Source of the DNA: Octopus vulgaris
Taxonomy: Eukaryota
Assembly: GCA_951406725.2 (NCBI GenBank)
Contig: OX597816.1
Span: 21,514,001 to 21,578,000 of the forward strand
Length of the DNA stretch: 64,000 nt
Reading direction: 5' to 3'
Positions 1 through 13,311 of the stretch are shown one piece after another (positions within the stretch are counted from its first letter, which is position 1; the number at the start of each line of letters is the position of its first letter). A program made the position numbers and the translations under genes. The notes beneath the pieces are model-generated. The model was not told the DNA's origin. It did not search any database and was given only the letters and a program-made list of their open reading frames with translations.

Positions 1-41
1 AAGTTTGAAAATTCAAAATATTTTCTAGAAATTTTAACACA

Positions 42-454
42 CGCGCAGAAGTAGCTGTGGGGTAAGTAGCTTGCTTACCAACCACATGGTTCTGGTTTCA
101 ATCCCACTGCGTGGCACCTTGTGCAAGTGTCTTCTACTATAGCCTCGGGCCGACCAAAGCCTTGTGAGTGGATTTGGTTGACGGAAACTGAAAAAGCCCG
201 TCGTATCTATGTATATGTATATATATATGCGTGTGTGTGTGTGTTTGTGTGTCTGTGTTTGTCCCTCCAACATCGTTTGTCAACCGATGCTGGTGTGTTT
301 ACGTACTCGTAACTTAACGGTTCAGCAAAAGAGACCGATAGAATAAGTACTAGGCTTACAAAGAATAAGTCCTGGGGCCGATCTCGTCGACTAAAGGTGG
401 TGATCCAGCATGGCCGCAGTCAAACGACTGAAACAAATAAAAGAGTAAAAGAGT
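42..454 (+). mobile_element. tRNA-derived SINE family A (internal TA/TG microsatellite), full length
   Basis: Head with A-box-like tagctgtggggtaag and B-box-like ggtttcaatccc, CORE-like gcaccttgtgcaagtgtctt, tail ggtgatccagcatggccgcagtc..gactgaaac plus (aaaagagt)n; at least 8 similar copies in the window. Confidence 0.9.
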
Positions 455-787
455 ATAGGTGAACTAGTGAGAGAACTGTTTTTGATTTTGATTAACGTCA
501 TGGAATATATATATATATCAAATATAAATTAAAAACAGAACACAAAGGATCTCGCGGTATGCGTGTTTCAAGCTTTATAAACAATCTGTTATTACATCAG
601 TGTGTTATTGGTATAAAAGATGGTTTAAAGCTCTCTTCAGTCGCAAACATTATTAGTCCAAAGATTACAACACAATATAAAAGGCACACGTAGTTTTACC
701 CATTATAATAGTTTTATCATATCTCCTTGAAAAAGTATTTTTGCATAATTGTATAAATGTATAAATGCATAAAGATTTATTGGATTT

Positions 788-829
<42 letters not shown>

Positions 830-831
<2 letters not shown>

Positions 832-1168
832 TCCCCTGCCCAATTCAAGATGACAACATACATGTATACTGCAACATAATTTCTTTTCCTCAACAGGCCC
901 TGCCCTATTTAACATTGTCCCGAGGGAGATCAAAGAGGAAAAGGATCCCATCAACTTTAAGCGGAGTCTGGATAGATTCTTTCAAAGAATACCAGATAAG
1001 CCACTCATAGTTGGATACAACTCACCCAACAAGAACTCACTACTTGAACAGAACTTGACTTAAACAAACTTGACTTAAACAGGATTCGAATAATCCTATC
1101 AGGTGGTGCTATTAAGTTAGACATGGCCTGGACCAATCTTTGGTCGAAACATATCTAAGTTATCTAAG

Positions 1169-1170
<2 letters not shown>
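830..1170 (+). mobile_element. 3' fragment of a CR1/L2-like LINE between (TA)n tracts
   Basis: Translates HNFFSSTGPALFNIVPREIKEEKDPINFKRSLDRFFQRIPDKPLIVGYNSPNKNSLLE, typical of a CR1-group ORF2 C-terminus; ends in tandem tail (tatctaagt)2. Confidence 0.65.
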
Positions 1171-1267
<97 letters not shown>

Positions 1268-3139
1268 TCAAAAATAGAATATAAGAAAGGAAGAAATTAT
1301 AGATGAAAATGTACTATTTGTAGCAAAGCATCAAAGATACAAGAAAAGCAGTATAAATCTATTATATCGTCGATATATCCTCCTCATACATGTACGCAAA
1401 TATGAATATAAGTACATAATCCAGTTTTGATGACAAAGCTTTGTTAATATGATTAACTCCTAATTAATGTGACTTAGTATAATTAGAGTAGTATACAGGA
1501 AAAAAAGATTCATAACTTGTTCTCGTCAGCTGTTCAATGAAATAAAATCCTCATTAGTGACATGATTATGCAATTAGCATTGCAATTTATTTAATTGCGA
1601 TGGGCTTCCCCCAATTCATTAGGAGAGAAAGATGAAAATAATAAGATAGAAATGAAAATACTATTATTAAATGACCCTCAAAGTGTCTACTTATATTTAT
1701 GACGAAATTACACTTTTTGTTTCAGGGAAATTAGCACTAGAGCTTCTTAAGAGCTTCGCTAAGTAATTATGTATTTATTCATTCTTAATAATATTTGTAA
1801 TCTTTCACTCTCATGTGATAAACAAAAAAATATACTATATTTATGCCGTATCAAGTTTGCAGTTTTAGTCTATATGTTAATCATTTGAGTATATATTGTA
1901 TAGAAATATACTGTCACGAGGATATCGGAACTTCTCTGTTGGTAGAGTAAATGTTTATTGATGCTACCAATCTGATTTTGCTAAACTTCGTATTGACTCA
2001 CCTCAAAGCATTTTAATAACGTATGTCATTTCGCTTTATAGCTTTTGTCAGGCTAAAGTGTGATGTGCAATGTCAAATCTGTAAAGAATTAACTGCAGAG
2101 CAATTTTTATTCCCATCAGTTCATTCCTTTTATTTATTTGTAGTAGTTTATGGTTAAGAATAAATGTATTTTATTCTCTTCTGTAGTGAATTTGTCCAAA
2201 ACTCTCAAAGTATTGATCCGGTACTGATAAATCTCTCTAGAAAAATGTGCTTCCTTTGATGGGTTCTCCCCGAGGGATATTAAGCTTAATTCTCCATAGC
2301 TCGCAACCTATTTATCAACCAATGCAAAAATATCCCTTTAAGGGAAAACGGTTGTAACATAATACCATTAACTGATGACTGAGTAGAGCAACTTTAGTAG
2401 AGATTAGCTGAGAATTTTTGTTGTTCTTTTAACATAATAGCATTTGCTGTAGTTAGAAACTGGAAGGATGCGAGGCAAGGGGAGAATGTCTTCAGAAAAG
2501 GCATTTTACGTAGTGCTGCATATCACTAAGTTACTCATTACACTGTGAAATGTAATTGAAAAATCAATAGTATTAACATTGCAATGACTGTATTGATTTT
2601 GAACATCATAAGGGCATCAATGTTTTACCTTATATTCAAAATAAAACGAAGCGAGTAGTTTTTATATATTTCTTTACATTTAGGGAAAATTGCATTACAT
2701 CTGTAATTTGTTAACTTTAATTTGACGGCTAATGAAACATACTTCTCCTGTCGAATCGTAAACTTCTTATATACATAAGAATTATGACCAAGAGAAACCA
2801 ATTTCAGTAATGTCCCCAAACTGTATCTATGTTATTTATAGAGTGCCCACGAGAGTTAATTGCAATGAAAATATGCAGAGAGAATTCCAATCCCATCATG
2901 TGAATATTGTTCCAATATATCTTAAATTTCAGAACCAAATTAAAATGAACCTCTTTTGAGATTTAGTTCACTGTTTTTGGAAACAAGAAAAGAAATAGGC
3001 CTGCCACGTGCGAGTGTTGACCCTTACATTTAATGGCGGATTCAAATCATACAACAAGGAATTAGCTGAGAAGTACAAATATTTAAATTCTCATACCGCC
3101 TTACACATTATCTCAGCTACCATCGCTGTCAGCATCGTG

Positions 3140-3515
3140 GTTTTTATCGTCCTTGTTGTCATTACCATTATCATCATCATCATCATCATCATTGATGTCA
3201 GCATCATTATCGTCGTCGTCGTCGTCGTCATCATCATCACTTAATTCCCATCACAAACAGTATTACCTTCATTCGTACCATTATTGCAACCTCCATCTCC
3301 ATCACCATCATCATAACGCTTGCTGTCATCATAATAACCATCGACGTGATCACCACCACCACCTCTACCATCATCATTGATGTCAGCATCATCATCATTA
3401 TCGTCATCGTCATTATCGTCATCGTCATCATCGTCATCATCGTCATCATCATCATCGTCATCATCATCATCGTCATCATCATCATCATCATCGTCATCAT
3501 CGTTATCATCATCGT

Positions 3516-3549
<34 letters not shown>

Positions 3550-3640
3550 ATCATCGTCATCATCATCATCATTATCATTATCATCATAGTCATCATCATC
3601 ATCATCATCGTCATCATCATCACCAACATCATCATCAACG

Positions 3641-3671
<31 letters not shown>

Positions 3672-3700
3672 CATCATCGTCATCATCATTATCATCATTG
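3140..3700. repeat. (CAT/CGT)n compound trinucleotide microsatellite
   Basis: Direct reading; explains poly-I/poly-M/poly-S ORFs. Confidence 0.95.
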
Positions 3701-4196
3701 CTCCTATAACATTAACCGTAACAAGGGCTTTAGGTTTTCGGCTTTTGGTTTAAATCCTCCCTAACTGCTTCATCCTACCTCCCCCCCCAAGACAGAAGGT
3801 GCATTTAACATTATAATAACCAGAGGGCCTCTGATTTTTTGTGCTATACCTGTATTTTAATGTAAAATTAAACGTTCGAGGATGTATTATGCTTTTACTT
3901 TTTAATGTCACGTTTGATGTTTGTATTTTGCAGTTGATTGCAGTATTTGATGTATTTGTTACCCTTTGATATTTATGTTTGATGTTTGTTTTTGCTTTCC
4001 AATAGAACGTAATAACAATGTATTTCTCCTTTTTTTTTGTTTTGCTTCTTGAGTTTTTCAGCAATTGTATTTAGGTGTGCGATGCGTTTATTCTGTTTTA
4101 ATATTTGTTTTTTTTTTGCAATTGTACATACTTGTATGTAGTGTGTGATGTGTTAGTTGGTCTTTGATGATTTTGTTATATATTGTTTTTATACAG

Positions 4197-4612
4197 AGGC
4201 GTAGGAGTGGCTGTGTGGTAAGTAGCTTGCTTACCAACCATATGGTTCCGGGTTTAGTCTAACTGCGTGGAACCTTGAGCAAGTATCTTCTACTATAGCC
4301 TCGGGCCGACCAAAGCCTTGTGAGTGGATTTAGTAGACGGAAACTGAAAGAAGCCCGTCGTATATATGTATATTTATATATATGCATGTATGTGTGTGTA
4401 TATGTTTGTGTCCTCGTTTTTCGGGTCATCACCATTTCACAACCGTAGTTGGTGTGTTTACGTCCTAGTAACTTAGCGGTTCGGCAAAAGAGACCGATAG
4501 AATAGGCTTACAAAGAATAAGTCCTGTGGTCGATTTGCTCGACTAAAGGCGGTCCTTCGGCATGGCTACAGTCAAATGACTGAAACAAGTAAAACAGTAA
4601 AGAGTAAAGAGA
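4197..4612 (+). mobile_element. SINE family A
   Basis: Colinear with 42-454. Confidence 0.9.
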
Positions 4613-6010
4613 GTCGTCATCGTCGTCATCATCATCCCCCTGGTAATCTTCATTATTTAATGCCAATCTTCCAAGCTGTTAGATGGTTCAACAGACAGGA
4701 TTCGACGAGCCAGAGAACTGAGTCCAGTCGTGTCTGCTTTAAACGTGGTTTCTACAACTGGATACTCTTCCTAATGCCAACAACTTCACGAAGTATACTG
4801 GATGCTTTTTTTTATGGCACTGGCACTTATGAGTAAGGAAAATAAATTGCACAACAAGAGGCCCCTGGAATGAACGAGGTGTAGTAGGGAGGCAGATGAC
4901 TTTATATCAGGTGTAGAGAGGCTTAAGTATGATAGAAAAAAACTGTATGAGCTGTCTCGCTGTTAAAGACCAAGATATTTGTTCCCAAGAACAACAGGAG
5001 CAGGTATCTTGGTCCTCAACAGCAACACAGCTGATACTGTTTTTGTATCATACTTTAGCCGCTCAATACCTGATATGATGTCACCTGCCTCAGCATTTAC
5101 ATTATACACATGTCCATTCCAACTTTGCTGCATTATGGCACAACATACGAAACATATCCATTCCTTTCTCAATTTAGTCGCAGTTTATCACATAAACTAA
5201 ACATTTTCTATTAAATACAAATAAAACATAACCATCTCATTCCTCATAATCAACACACAACCTGTCATTCATATACAAATGAATGTATAATTGTTTGAGA
5301 TAAATTGTAAATCAGATTATAATTTTCATTATTATTAACGTCATCTTTAGAGATTAAACGTTTTGTTATATTTACTTCACATATGGCATTTTCATAAATT
5401 TGGTTTCCAATCAATGTCACATATTTTATTCTCGGATATAGACATAGTTTCAAACAGGAAGTAGAATCGGAATGTTTATTCATGAACTAAGAATACTAAC
5501 GCGTTTATCTATGTACATGATAAAGTGGCCTAACGGATATAAAATTTATTAGCATAATTAGAGCGTGGAAGATGCACCAGCCATTCAAATACATACACAG
5601 ACTGTTAATTTTACTTAAGAATTTATAATATGGTGTTAAAAATTTCGTCGCACAAACTGCAACCTGGTCACTGACATCAAATGATTAATGTTAGAATGAC
5701 ATGAACAGATTTTGTATATTTTTGAATAGTTAAAATGTCTGCTCCGTTGTAATCGTTAGAGTTCCAACGCACAGTTTCAGATCATATCACTTACTTGGCA
5801 AGTATATCTCCAAACTATATTAGTCATACTTTAAAAATGAAATGCAATCAAATCTAATTGGAATATACGTACTCATAGAGGAATAACATCTAATTATGAT
5901 AGAAGATCAATTAATCAAATAAATGTAAAAGTGTAAATGGTAATTGTATTCTAATGGGTTACTGTACAGAGGAACGGAGAAATAATTTGATTCTATTAGT
6001 TCTTTTGCCA

Positions 6011-6073
<63 letters not shown>

Positions 6074-6075
6074 CA

Positions 6076-6735
6076 CAATGATAAGTGTGGAATATGCAGA
6101 AAAAACTTGTAAAATCATATGGCATATTATGAGTCAATGTGCGCCACTAGCTCAGAAGGAATATAAGAGACGCCACGGCAATATGGCCAGGCTTGTCCAT
6201 TGGACACTCTGCAACAAGTATGGACTTGACAGAGCAAAAAATTGGTACGGCCACAAACCTGAAGGCATTGTCTAAAATAGAAATGCAAAGATCCTTTGGG
6301 ATTTTATGATTCAGTGCGACCATGAGATAAAGAATAAGAAGCCGGACATAGTCTTAATAGACAAAGTAAACAAATTATGCTGGATCATAGATATAGCATG
6401 CCCACCTGACAGCAATTTATGCGATAAGGAAGAAAGAAATGTCGAGAGATATGACAGGTTAGCTTGGGAGGTTAAGCAGTTGTGGCCAATGAAAAAGATA
6501 GTGGTAGTACCAATAATTATCGGAGCCCTGGGAACAGTGAGCAAAAATCTCGAGAAGTACGTGGAACAAATAGGGGCTGCACTAAGGGTTGAGCGCTTGC
6601 AGTAAACAGCACTGCTTGGAACCGCTCGAATACTCCGGAAGGGGCTCGAAAAATAAGAGGTGTTACCTTAGTTCACTGCTAGTGAACATCTGACACCGTA
6701 GTACATCTCCAGAGTTAGAAGCTGTGCAAAGGCAA
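6076..6735 (+). mobile_element. 5'-truncated RLE-type (R4/Dong-like) LINE fragment directly after (TAA)n
   Basis: Frameshifted CCHC knuckle (CGIC..HIMSQC), YKRRH, ILWDFMIQCDHEIKNKKPDIVLIDK..IIDIACP, VVPIIIGALG; internal stops at 6273 and 6603; (TAA)n at 6010-6073. Confidence 0.85.
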
Positions 6736-7127
6736 TGATGATGATGATAACAGCTTTTGCCAAGTTATCTTTATTACTAACTGCATCTCCAATGATTCGT
6801 ACACCCCTAAATAGAAATGCATATCTATCACTTGAGTTAGGTTTTGTGTTCTAGCTCACAGCTTTTGAGAATTAAGGTCCAACGTGCTGCTACGTTTATG
6901 GTGCAGTTTAGTGCAGCATATGTACTGCTTTGCTCTCGGTTTTTGAGTGAGGTTACAGCAATATTTATAAAATAAATCAGGTAATAATCCAGCTGTGTAA
7001 ACAGTTTTAGTTCTATGAGCAATGATGAGTGAAATTGGTAGTCGTTTTATAGGACACTGACCAGAGAGCAATAATAGCCATATCCCTCTCAGCCCCCCCC
7101 CCCCCACTGCTTTAAAATAGACAATTG

Positions 7128-7470
7128 ATCATCATCATTATTGTTCGACCGTGGTTGAGACAAAGGAATTTACTGTGTTACGCCAGACTTCACGGTCCAT
7201 CATAGCATTACTGATGTCCTGTTGCTGGATGCCTGTATCCCTGGAGATTACATCTGGGTAGGAGAGTGTGCGCCCTCTGGTATCGCGAGCAGATGGCTTC
7301 CAGAGGAGAAGAGTAGAAATTACCTCATTTCCAGCTCTACAACAATGTTCAGCAAACTGGACTCTTCTACTTTTTACAAGAGATGATACAGGTGGTAGTT
7401 TCCCATATATTTGTACTTTGGTTGGATGACGCTCATAAGGAGGCGAGTGTAAGTTCCATCCAACCGCCTC
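7128..7470 (-). mobile_element. 3' fragment of an RTE/RTE-X-like LINE
   Basis: Minus strand reads RLDGTYTRLLM..HPTKVQIYGKLPPVSSLVKSRRVQFAEHCCRAGNEVISTLLLWKP..RGRTLSYPDVISRDTG..AMMDREVWR, followed by a (TGA)n tail. Confidence 0.75.
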
Positions 7471-7489
7471 AATTGATAGACGGTCATTG

Positions 7490-7940
7490 GTACAGAGATA
7501 GTAGTGTGGTTAAGAACTCACTTTGCAACCACATGTTTTCGGGTTCAGTCCCCAGTCAACGAAAACATTGCGAGTGAATTTAGTAGAGAAAAAATTGTGC
7601 GAACGCCTATAGAAGCTTTGTGTTTGTTAACCTCTATTTTCACCTTTTAACAACTGGTTTGAGTTTGTATATGTTCCTGTAACTTAGCACTTTGGCAAAA
7701 AGACCGATAGAATGAGTACTAGGCTTTAAAAAGTCGATAACTACTGATGTTAATTTGTTTTACTAAAACATTTGAGTTTGTATATGTTCTTGTAACTTAG
7801 CACTTTGGCAAAAAAACCGATAGAATGAGTACTAGGCTTTAAAAAGTCGATAACTACTGATGTTAATTTGTTTTACTAAAACATGCCCAAGCATGATCAG
7901 AAGTCAATAATTGAAACAAGTTTTGAAAAATAAAAGATCA
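7490..7940 (+). mobile_element. Degenerate SINE A-related copy with internal 113-bp tandem duplication (7658-7883)
   Basis: gggttcagtccc head; gtaacttagcac..gaccgatagaatgagtactaggc block present twice. Confidence 0.7.
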
Positions 7941-7970
7941 AGGATAGGGTAACGTATGGCTGGATAAAGC

Positions 7971-8345
7971 CTCTTACTCTCTTTTACTTGTTTCAATCAT
8001 TTAACTGCGGCCATGCTGGAGCACCACATTTAGTCGAGCACATCGACCCCCAGGACTTATTCCTTTTACCGAACTGCTAAGTTACGAGGACGTAAACACA
8101 TCAGCATCGGTTGTCAAGCGATGTTGGAGGGGACAAACACAAACACATATACACATACATATACATATATATACATATATACGACGGGCTTCTTTCAGTT
8201 TCCGTCTACCAAATCCACTTACAAGGCTTTGGTCGGCCCGAAGCTATAGTAGAAGGCTCTTGCCCAAGGTGCCACGTAGTGGGACTGAACCCGGAACCAT
8301 GTGGCTCGTAAGCAAGCAACTTACCACACAGCCACTCCTACGCCT
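7971..8345 (-). mobile_element. SINE family A (small internal deletion)
   Basis: Reverse complement of 42-454. Confidence 0.9.
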
Positions 8346-9576
8346 CTGATAAAAAAAGCATGGTAGCCGTTGTTAGACATTAACATAAAAGCTTCCATGA
8401 AAAAGCTAGCGCAAAATTTTGCAGTAATTTTATCATAGAATATTGGAAAATAGTAACAGAATATTTCAGTAATGACAAGCTGGAATTTTGTATCAATATT
8501 AATTAAGCAATTTCGGGATTACTAATTTATCTGTTTACATTAAAGCTAAAACAAACTCTTGCAGAAATACCGATGTTGAAATTTTGCAAAAGTGTTAATA
8601 TAAAATTTTGCATCGATGTTAATATAGAATTTTGCATCAAGGCTCATGTAGAGTTTTCAAAAATACTAGTGCATAATTTTGCAGAAATGACATTGTAGCC
8701 GATTGCAAAAATGCTAAGGCAAATTTAAAGAAAACTCACAATTTTCAGAAATGTTAGCATTTGATTGAAAAAAAAATCGCATGATTCTGAGTTTGCAGAC
8801 AATGCTAACCTGGTGTTTTGAAGAAATGCTATCATAAAATTGTGCAGCAGAAACAATATAGAATTTTTGGAGATGTTGCTTTTGAATATTGCAGTAAAAT
8901 CAAAGTGGAATTTGGAAGAAGTGTCAATGTAGAATTTTGCAGAAAAAGGCTGATGTAAATATTAGCGTAAATAATAACATACATGTTAACCGAAATTTTA
9001 ATGAAGACATTTTTTGTTGGCATTTTTGTAATGGAGAAGACCATGCTGAAGACACGTTGTATGACCTGCATGAGTTGATGGGAGGGAGGTATTCGATTTT
9101 CTTGCAGTTTCTCCCTTATCCGCTCTTCTGGGTCGTTACTTTTTATCGACCCCAAATAAATGAAAGGCAAGTTTACCCTTGGCTGCATTGGAACTCAGTG
9201 AGAATAAAGTCGGAAAAAGTAGGATGAGGCAATTTATTCATCGCTTTTATGACTCTGCCAATTTACCGAAAATTTACATTAAATCCAATACAGAATATTG
9301 TGGTAATGATAAAGCAGAATTTTACCGAAATTCCTTGGGAAAGATTTGAGAAAATGATGCGTTTTGTTGGAATGAAGTGTAAAACCTTACTTAGATTCTA
9401 ATGTTGATATTTACATAAACAATAATCTAGTATTTCGCAAGTCTCATTGCTAAAACAGATTCTTGCAAGCATGCCAATGTAAAAATGTTGCGGCTGACCT
9501 TGCAGAAACGCGAGAGACTGAGGAAATGCTAATGTAGAAATGTGCAAGTATACTAATGTAAAATCTTACCAATATA

Positions 9577-10142
9577 TTGGGTTGTCCGGAAAGTTCATGC
9601 CGATTTATAGTAGCTTACCTTTCGACTTATTTTAGAACATGGTTGAGTCCATAAAATAGGATTTGACTACACCTCCATTTAGAGCACAGTTTAAACTATA
9701 TTTTCGTGGAAGAAGGTTTATGTTCCTATAACCTGTGTTTATTCTGTAATCCTTTAAAATGGAAGATAAGAAAGTTCATTTTCGGCATTTGATGCTTTGG
9801 GAACCAGACAAAAATTGCTGCAGCTCAGCTGGGATGTGTTACCCCTCCCTCCATATTCACCAGATATTGCTCCTTCGGATTTCCACTTATTCAGGTCTCT
9901 GCAGAATAGTCTTAATGGAAAAAATTTCAATTCCTTGGATGACGTAAAAAGATACCTTGATGAATTCTTTGCCATGAAACCACCTCAATTCTGGGAAGAG
10001 GGTAAATTCAAGTTAAAGGAAAGATGGAGACGCATTGTGCAACAAAATGGTTCATATTTGGTTGATTAAAAATGTAATGGCAAGTATCTAATGACCTTTT
10101 TCATTCCTTTAAAAATCGGCACGAACTTTCCGGACAACTCAA
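9577..10142 (+). mobile_element. Non-autonomous, internally deleted mariner (~566 bp)
   Basis: TA target duplications; TIR ttgggttgtccggaaagttc(a/g)tgccgattt; N-terminal MEDKKVHFRHLMLWE fused out of frame to C-terminal WDVLPLPPYSPDIAPSDFHLFRSLQN..KLKERWRRIVQQNGSYLVD. Confidence 0.95.
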
Positions 10143-10549
10143 TACTAATGTTCATATTTGCAGTAGCGTTTTGCAGTAATGTGAATGCATGTGTATGGAG
10201 CGATGTTGGATTAACGTTTACAAAAATGCAAAGAGATGGCGATGTGCACTTTTTACATTAATGCCAAGACGTTCAAGAAAAAATATCAATGTAGAATTTT
10301 TCAACAATTATAGCGTTAAATTTACAGGAATGTAAATTTGAGTTTGTAAAACACGCATTCCCTAGATTTTCAGAAACGTCAATGTAGATTTGAACAACAA
10401 TGTTAATGTAAAGTTTTTCAGAAATAGATATGTTGGCATTTCCAGTAGTAATATTGTGGAATTTTGAAGAAATCGTAAAGATGTCTTGCAAACAACATGC
10501 AAATGCAAGTACTACCAATAAAGAACTTCGCATACCGGAAGCCAGCAAG

Positions 10550-10821
10550 TGTATGGGGTCACCAGGAGTGATTGCGCGCGCCGTTTAGAAGCCTACCTTT
10601 CGATGGCATGAATGCGCACCGGCCTCCTCATTGATATGAGACCCTGCTTGCTAGATTAACTGGTTATTAAATAAAGCTCACTATTTCTCTAGCTATTGCT
10701 CATCGTCTCTTTTTAACCAAATCCAGTGGCTAGCCTTCTCTACTGTAGTTTGGATATCGGTCATGGTGGTATTGACTTTACGATGAGTTAGGCCACACGA
10801 TAACAACAGTCGTCTCACACA
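10550..10821 (+). mobile_element. Possible solo-LTR-like insert
   Basis: GC-richer ~270-bp block interrupting the 24-bp array; TG...CA ends and an internal AATAAA; no TSD seen. Confidence 0.3.
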
Positions 10822-10827
10822 TTGGTA

Positions 10828-12097
10828 CGAGGGGCGTTCAATAAGTAATGCCCCTGACCCACTTCCCATAGCAGTAGAGCAACGACACTTGGCACAGTTA
10901 TTAGTCTTTTCCTACATAGGAACTACCCAGAGTTATGCATTTCTCCCATCGTTTGATACAGCTCTGGAGACCGTTTTTGTAGAGGACCCCAGCTTGGTCC
11001 TCCAACCACGACGTGACTTCAGAAATCAAGGCTGCATCATCTGGGAAACGCTTTCCTTTCAAAATCAACCTCATGGCTGGGAAGAGGTGAAAATCAGAGG
11101 GTGCAAGAGGAGGAGTTCATAGCTGCACGCCTGTGCTTCTGATCTGGCGACACGCGAGTTGTGGACCGGAGCGTTGTCCTGCAGGAGGAGGATGCCTTTG
11201 CTGATCTTGCCCCGCCTCTTGATTTTGATAGCTTCTCTTAATTTCCTCAAAAGTGAAGCATAATAGGCTCCTGTAATTGTGGTACCCTTTGCCAGAAAAT
11301 CTGTCATCACTACTCCGTCCTGGTCCCAGAAGACTGTGAGCATAACCTTGTCAGCGGAGGGCTGCACCCTTGCCTTCTTTGGAGGAGGTGAGTCACGGTG
11401 CTTTCACTGCATTGACTGGGCTTTGGTCTATGGATCATAGTGATGGACCCAGGTTTTATCCTGTGTGATCAGTCTTTTGAAAAATTTTGACTCATCTTCT
11501 TGGCACATCTCCAAATTCATCCTCGAGCACTCAACGCGTTCTTGCTTCTGGAAAGGTGTGAGCAACCTGGAAATCCATCTGGCAGACACCTTTTGCATAT
11601 GCAAATGGTCATGAATGATAGTTTCCACAGAGCCGGTACTAATCTTGACCTTATGGGCTATTTGGCGAATAGTTATGCGTTGACCTTCCAAAATGGCAGC
11701 CTTAACTTGACGGACAGACGTCTCATCAACGGCAGAAGGGGGCGACCAGATCTGGGAACTGTTTCCACAGAGTTCCGACTATGTTTGAATTCACAATGCC
11801 AGCGTTTTACAAGGTCATATGATGGGGCATCATCACCATAAGTTACTTTCATTTCATCAAAAGTCTCCCGTAGTGTGCGTCCTTTCAAATACAAAAACCA
11901 GATCACTGCTCGATACTCAACAGGCTCCATTTCACACTTGACTCAGTTCAAACACCAGTAAATCAGAAACCACAATTAGTTCAGATCTGTAATTCGCCAC
12001 TTAATCTATAGAGGTATAAATAAGTGCACATGCAAAATTACAGCTAAATCAAACAACTGCAAGTGGGTCAGGGGCATTACTTATTGAACGCCCCTCG
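10828..12097 (-). mobile_element. Full-length mariner element (irritans/Hsmar2-like), 1270 bp
   Basis: Perfect 37-bp TIR cgaggggcgttcaataagtaatgcccctgacccactt; TA duplications at 10826-27 and 12098-99. Confidence 0.97.
10901..11930 (-). pseudogene. mariner transposase pseudogene
   Basis: MEPVEYRAVIWFL..PRSGRP, KVSARWISRLLT, ITQDKTWVHHYDP, KVMLTVFWD, LLQDNAPVH, LAPSDFHLFP..KRWEKCITLGSSYVGKD*; frameshift near 11730, stop at 11428, HPPYSPD deleted near 11110. Confidence 0.93.
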
Positions 12098-12903
12098 TAA
12101 TGTAGATATTTACGGAAATGCTAATGTCGAATTCTCGAAAAGGTACTAACTTTATTTTCAGAATTGCTAGTATTTTCAGAATTCCTGATATTATACATAA
12201 ATTCTTATGAAAAATGTTTCAGCGATGCTAATATTACAAGAGTGCTTATATTAATAATTTATAGAATTACTAATATGGAATTTGCTGCAAAGCTAAAGTA
12301 GAAATTTGCATCACAGCCATGCTACTAATGTATGTTTCTACCAATGTTATTCTGAAAAATTCCCAAAATACTAATATAGAATTTTGCAGCAGTGTGGAAG
12401 TAGAAATTTACAGAATTGCAGATGCCTAATTTTTTTCAGAAATGCTAATGTAGATGTTTGCATTACTAATACATAAAAGACATTTGCACATAAGCTATTG
12501 CGAAAATTTGCAGAAACAGTAATGTGGAAATTAGTAGAAATGTCCATTTCGAATATTTCGGGGTGAACTAATGCAGTGTTTTATAACATTATTGATTTAG
12601 GATATGTAGGTATTTATTGACACAGAAATAACTGTGTGATTAAGAAGATCTCTTTCCAGCCATGTAGGCTTTAGTCCCGTCGCACAGTATTTTAGGTGAG
12701 TGTCTACTGCTATAACCTCGGGTCGATCAATACTCTGTGAACGAATTTGGCAGATGGAGACTATGTGGAAGACCAGTGTGTGTTTATATATATATATATG
12801 AGCATGTAAGTATGCATGTAATATAAGTATGTATGAGCACGTACACCTTTGTGTTTGCCTTTCTAATGCTTGACAACCAGTGTTGCTTTGTTTACTTCCA
12901 CAT

Positions 12904-13311
12904 AGGCGTAGCAGTGGCTGTGTGGTAAGTAACTTGCTTACTAACCACATGGTTCCGGGTTCAGTCCAACTGCGTGGCACGTTGGACAAGTGTCTTCTAC
13001 TATAGCCTTGGGCCGACCGAAGCCTTGTGAATGGATTTGGTAGACGGAAACTGAAAGAAGCCCGTCGTATATATGTATATGTGTATATACATGTATGTGT
13101 GTTTGTGTGTCTGTGTTTGTTTCCCCAACATCGCTTAACAACCGATGCTGGTGTGTTTACGTCCCTGTAACTTAGTGGTTCGGCAAAAGAAACCGATAGA
13201 TTAAGTACTAGGCTTACAAAGAATAAGTCCTGGGGTTTATTTGCTCGACAAAAGGCGGTGCTCCAGCTTGGCCGCAGTCAAATGACTGAAACAAGTGAAA
13301 GAATAAAGAGT
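12904..13311 (+). mobile_element. SINE family A nested in an older, diverged A-type copy (~12625-13420)
   Basis: Young copy colinear with 42-454; its flanks continue an older SINE body. Confidence 0.88.

Noticed and set aside
42-130. SINE heads as tRNA genes
   Set aside because: A/B boxes are present, but no complete cloverleaf is evident and each head runs into a SINE body.
2002-2078. 77-bp minus-strand segment with good acceptor and donor
   Set aside because: Stops in all three frames; at most a non-coding exon, which cannot be supported without RNA data.
10822-10827. ttggta after the LTR-like block as a primer binding site
   Set aside because: With the mariner removed, the sequence reads ttggtaatgtagatattt, which fits a 24-bp array unit.
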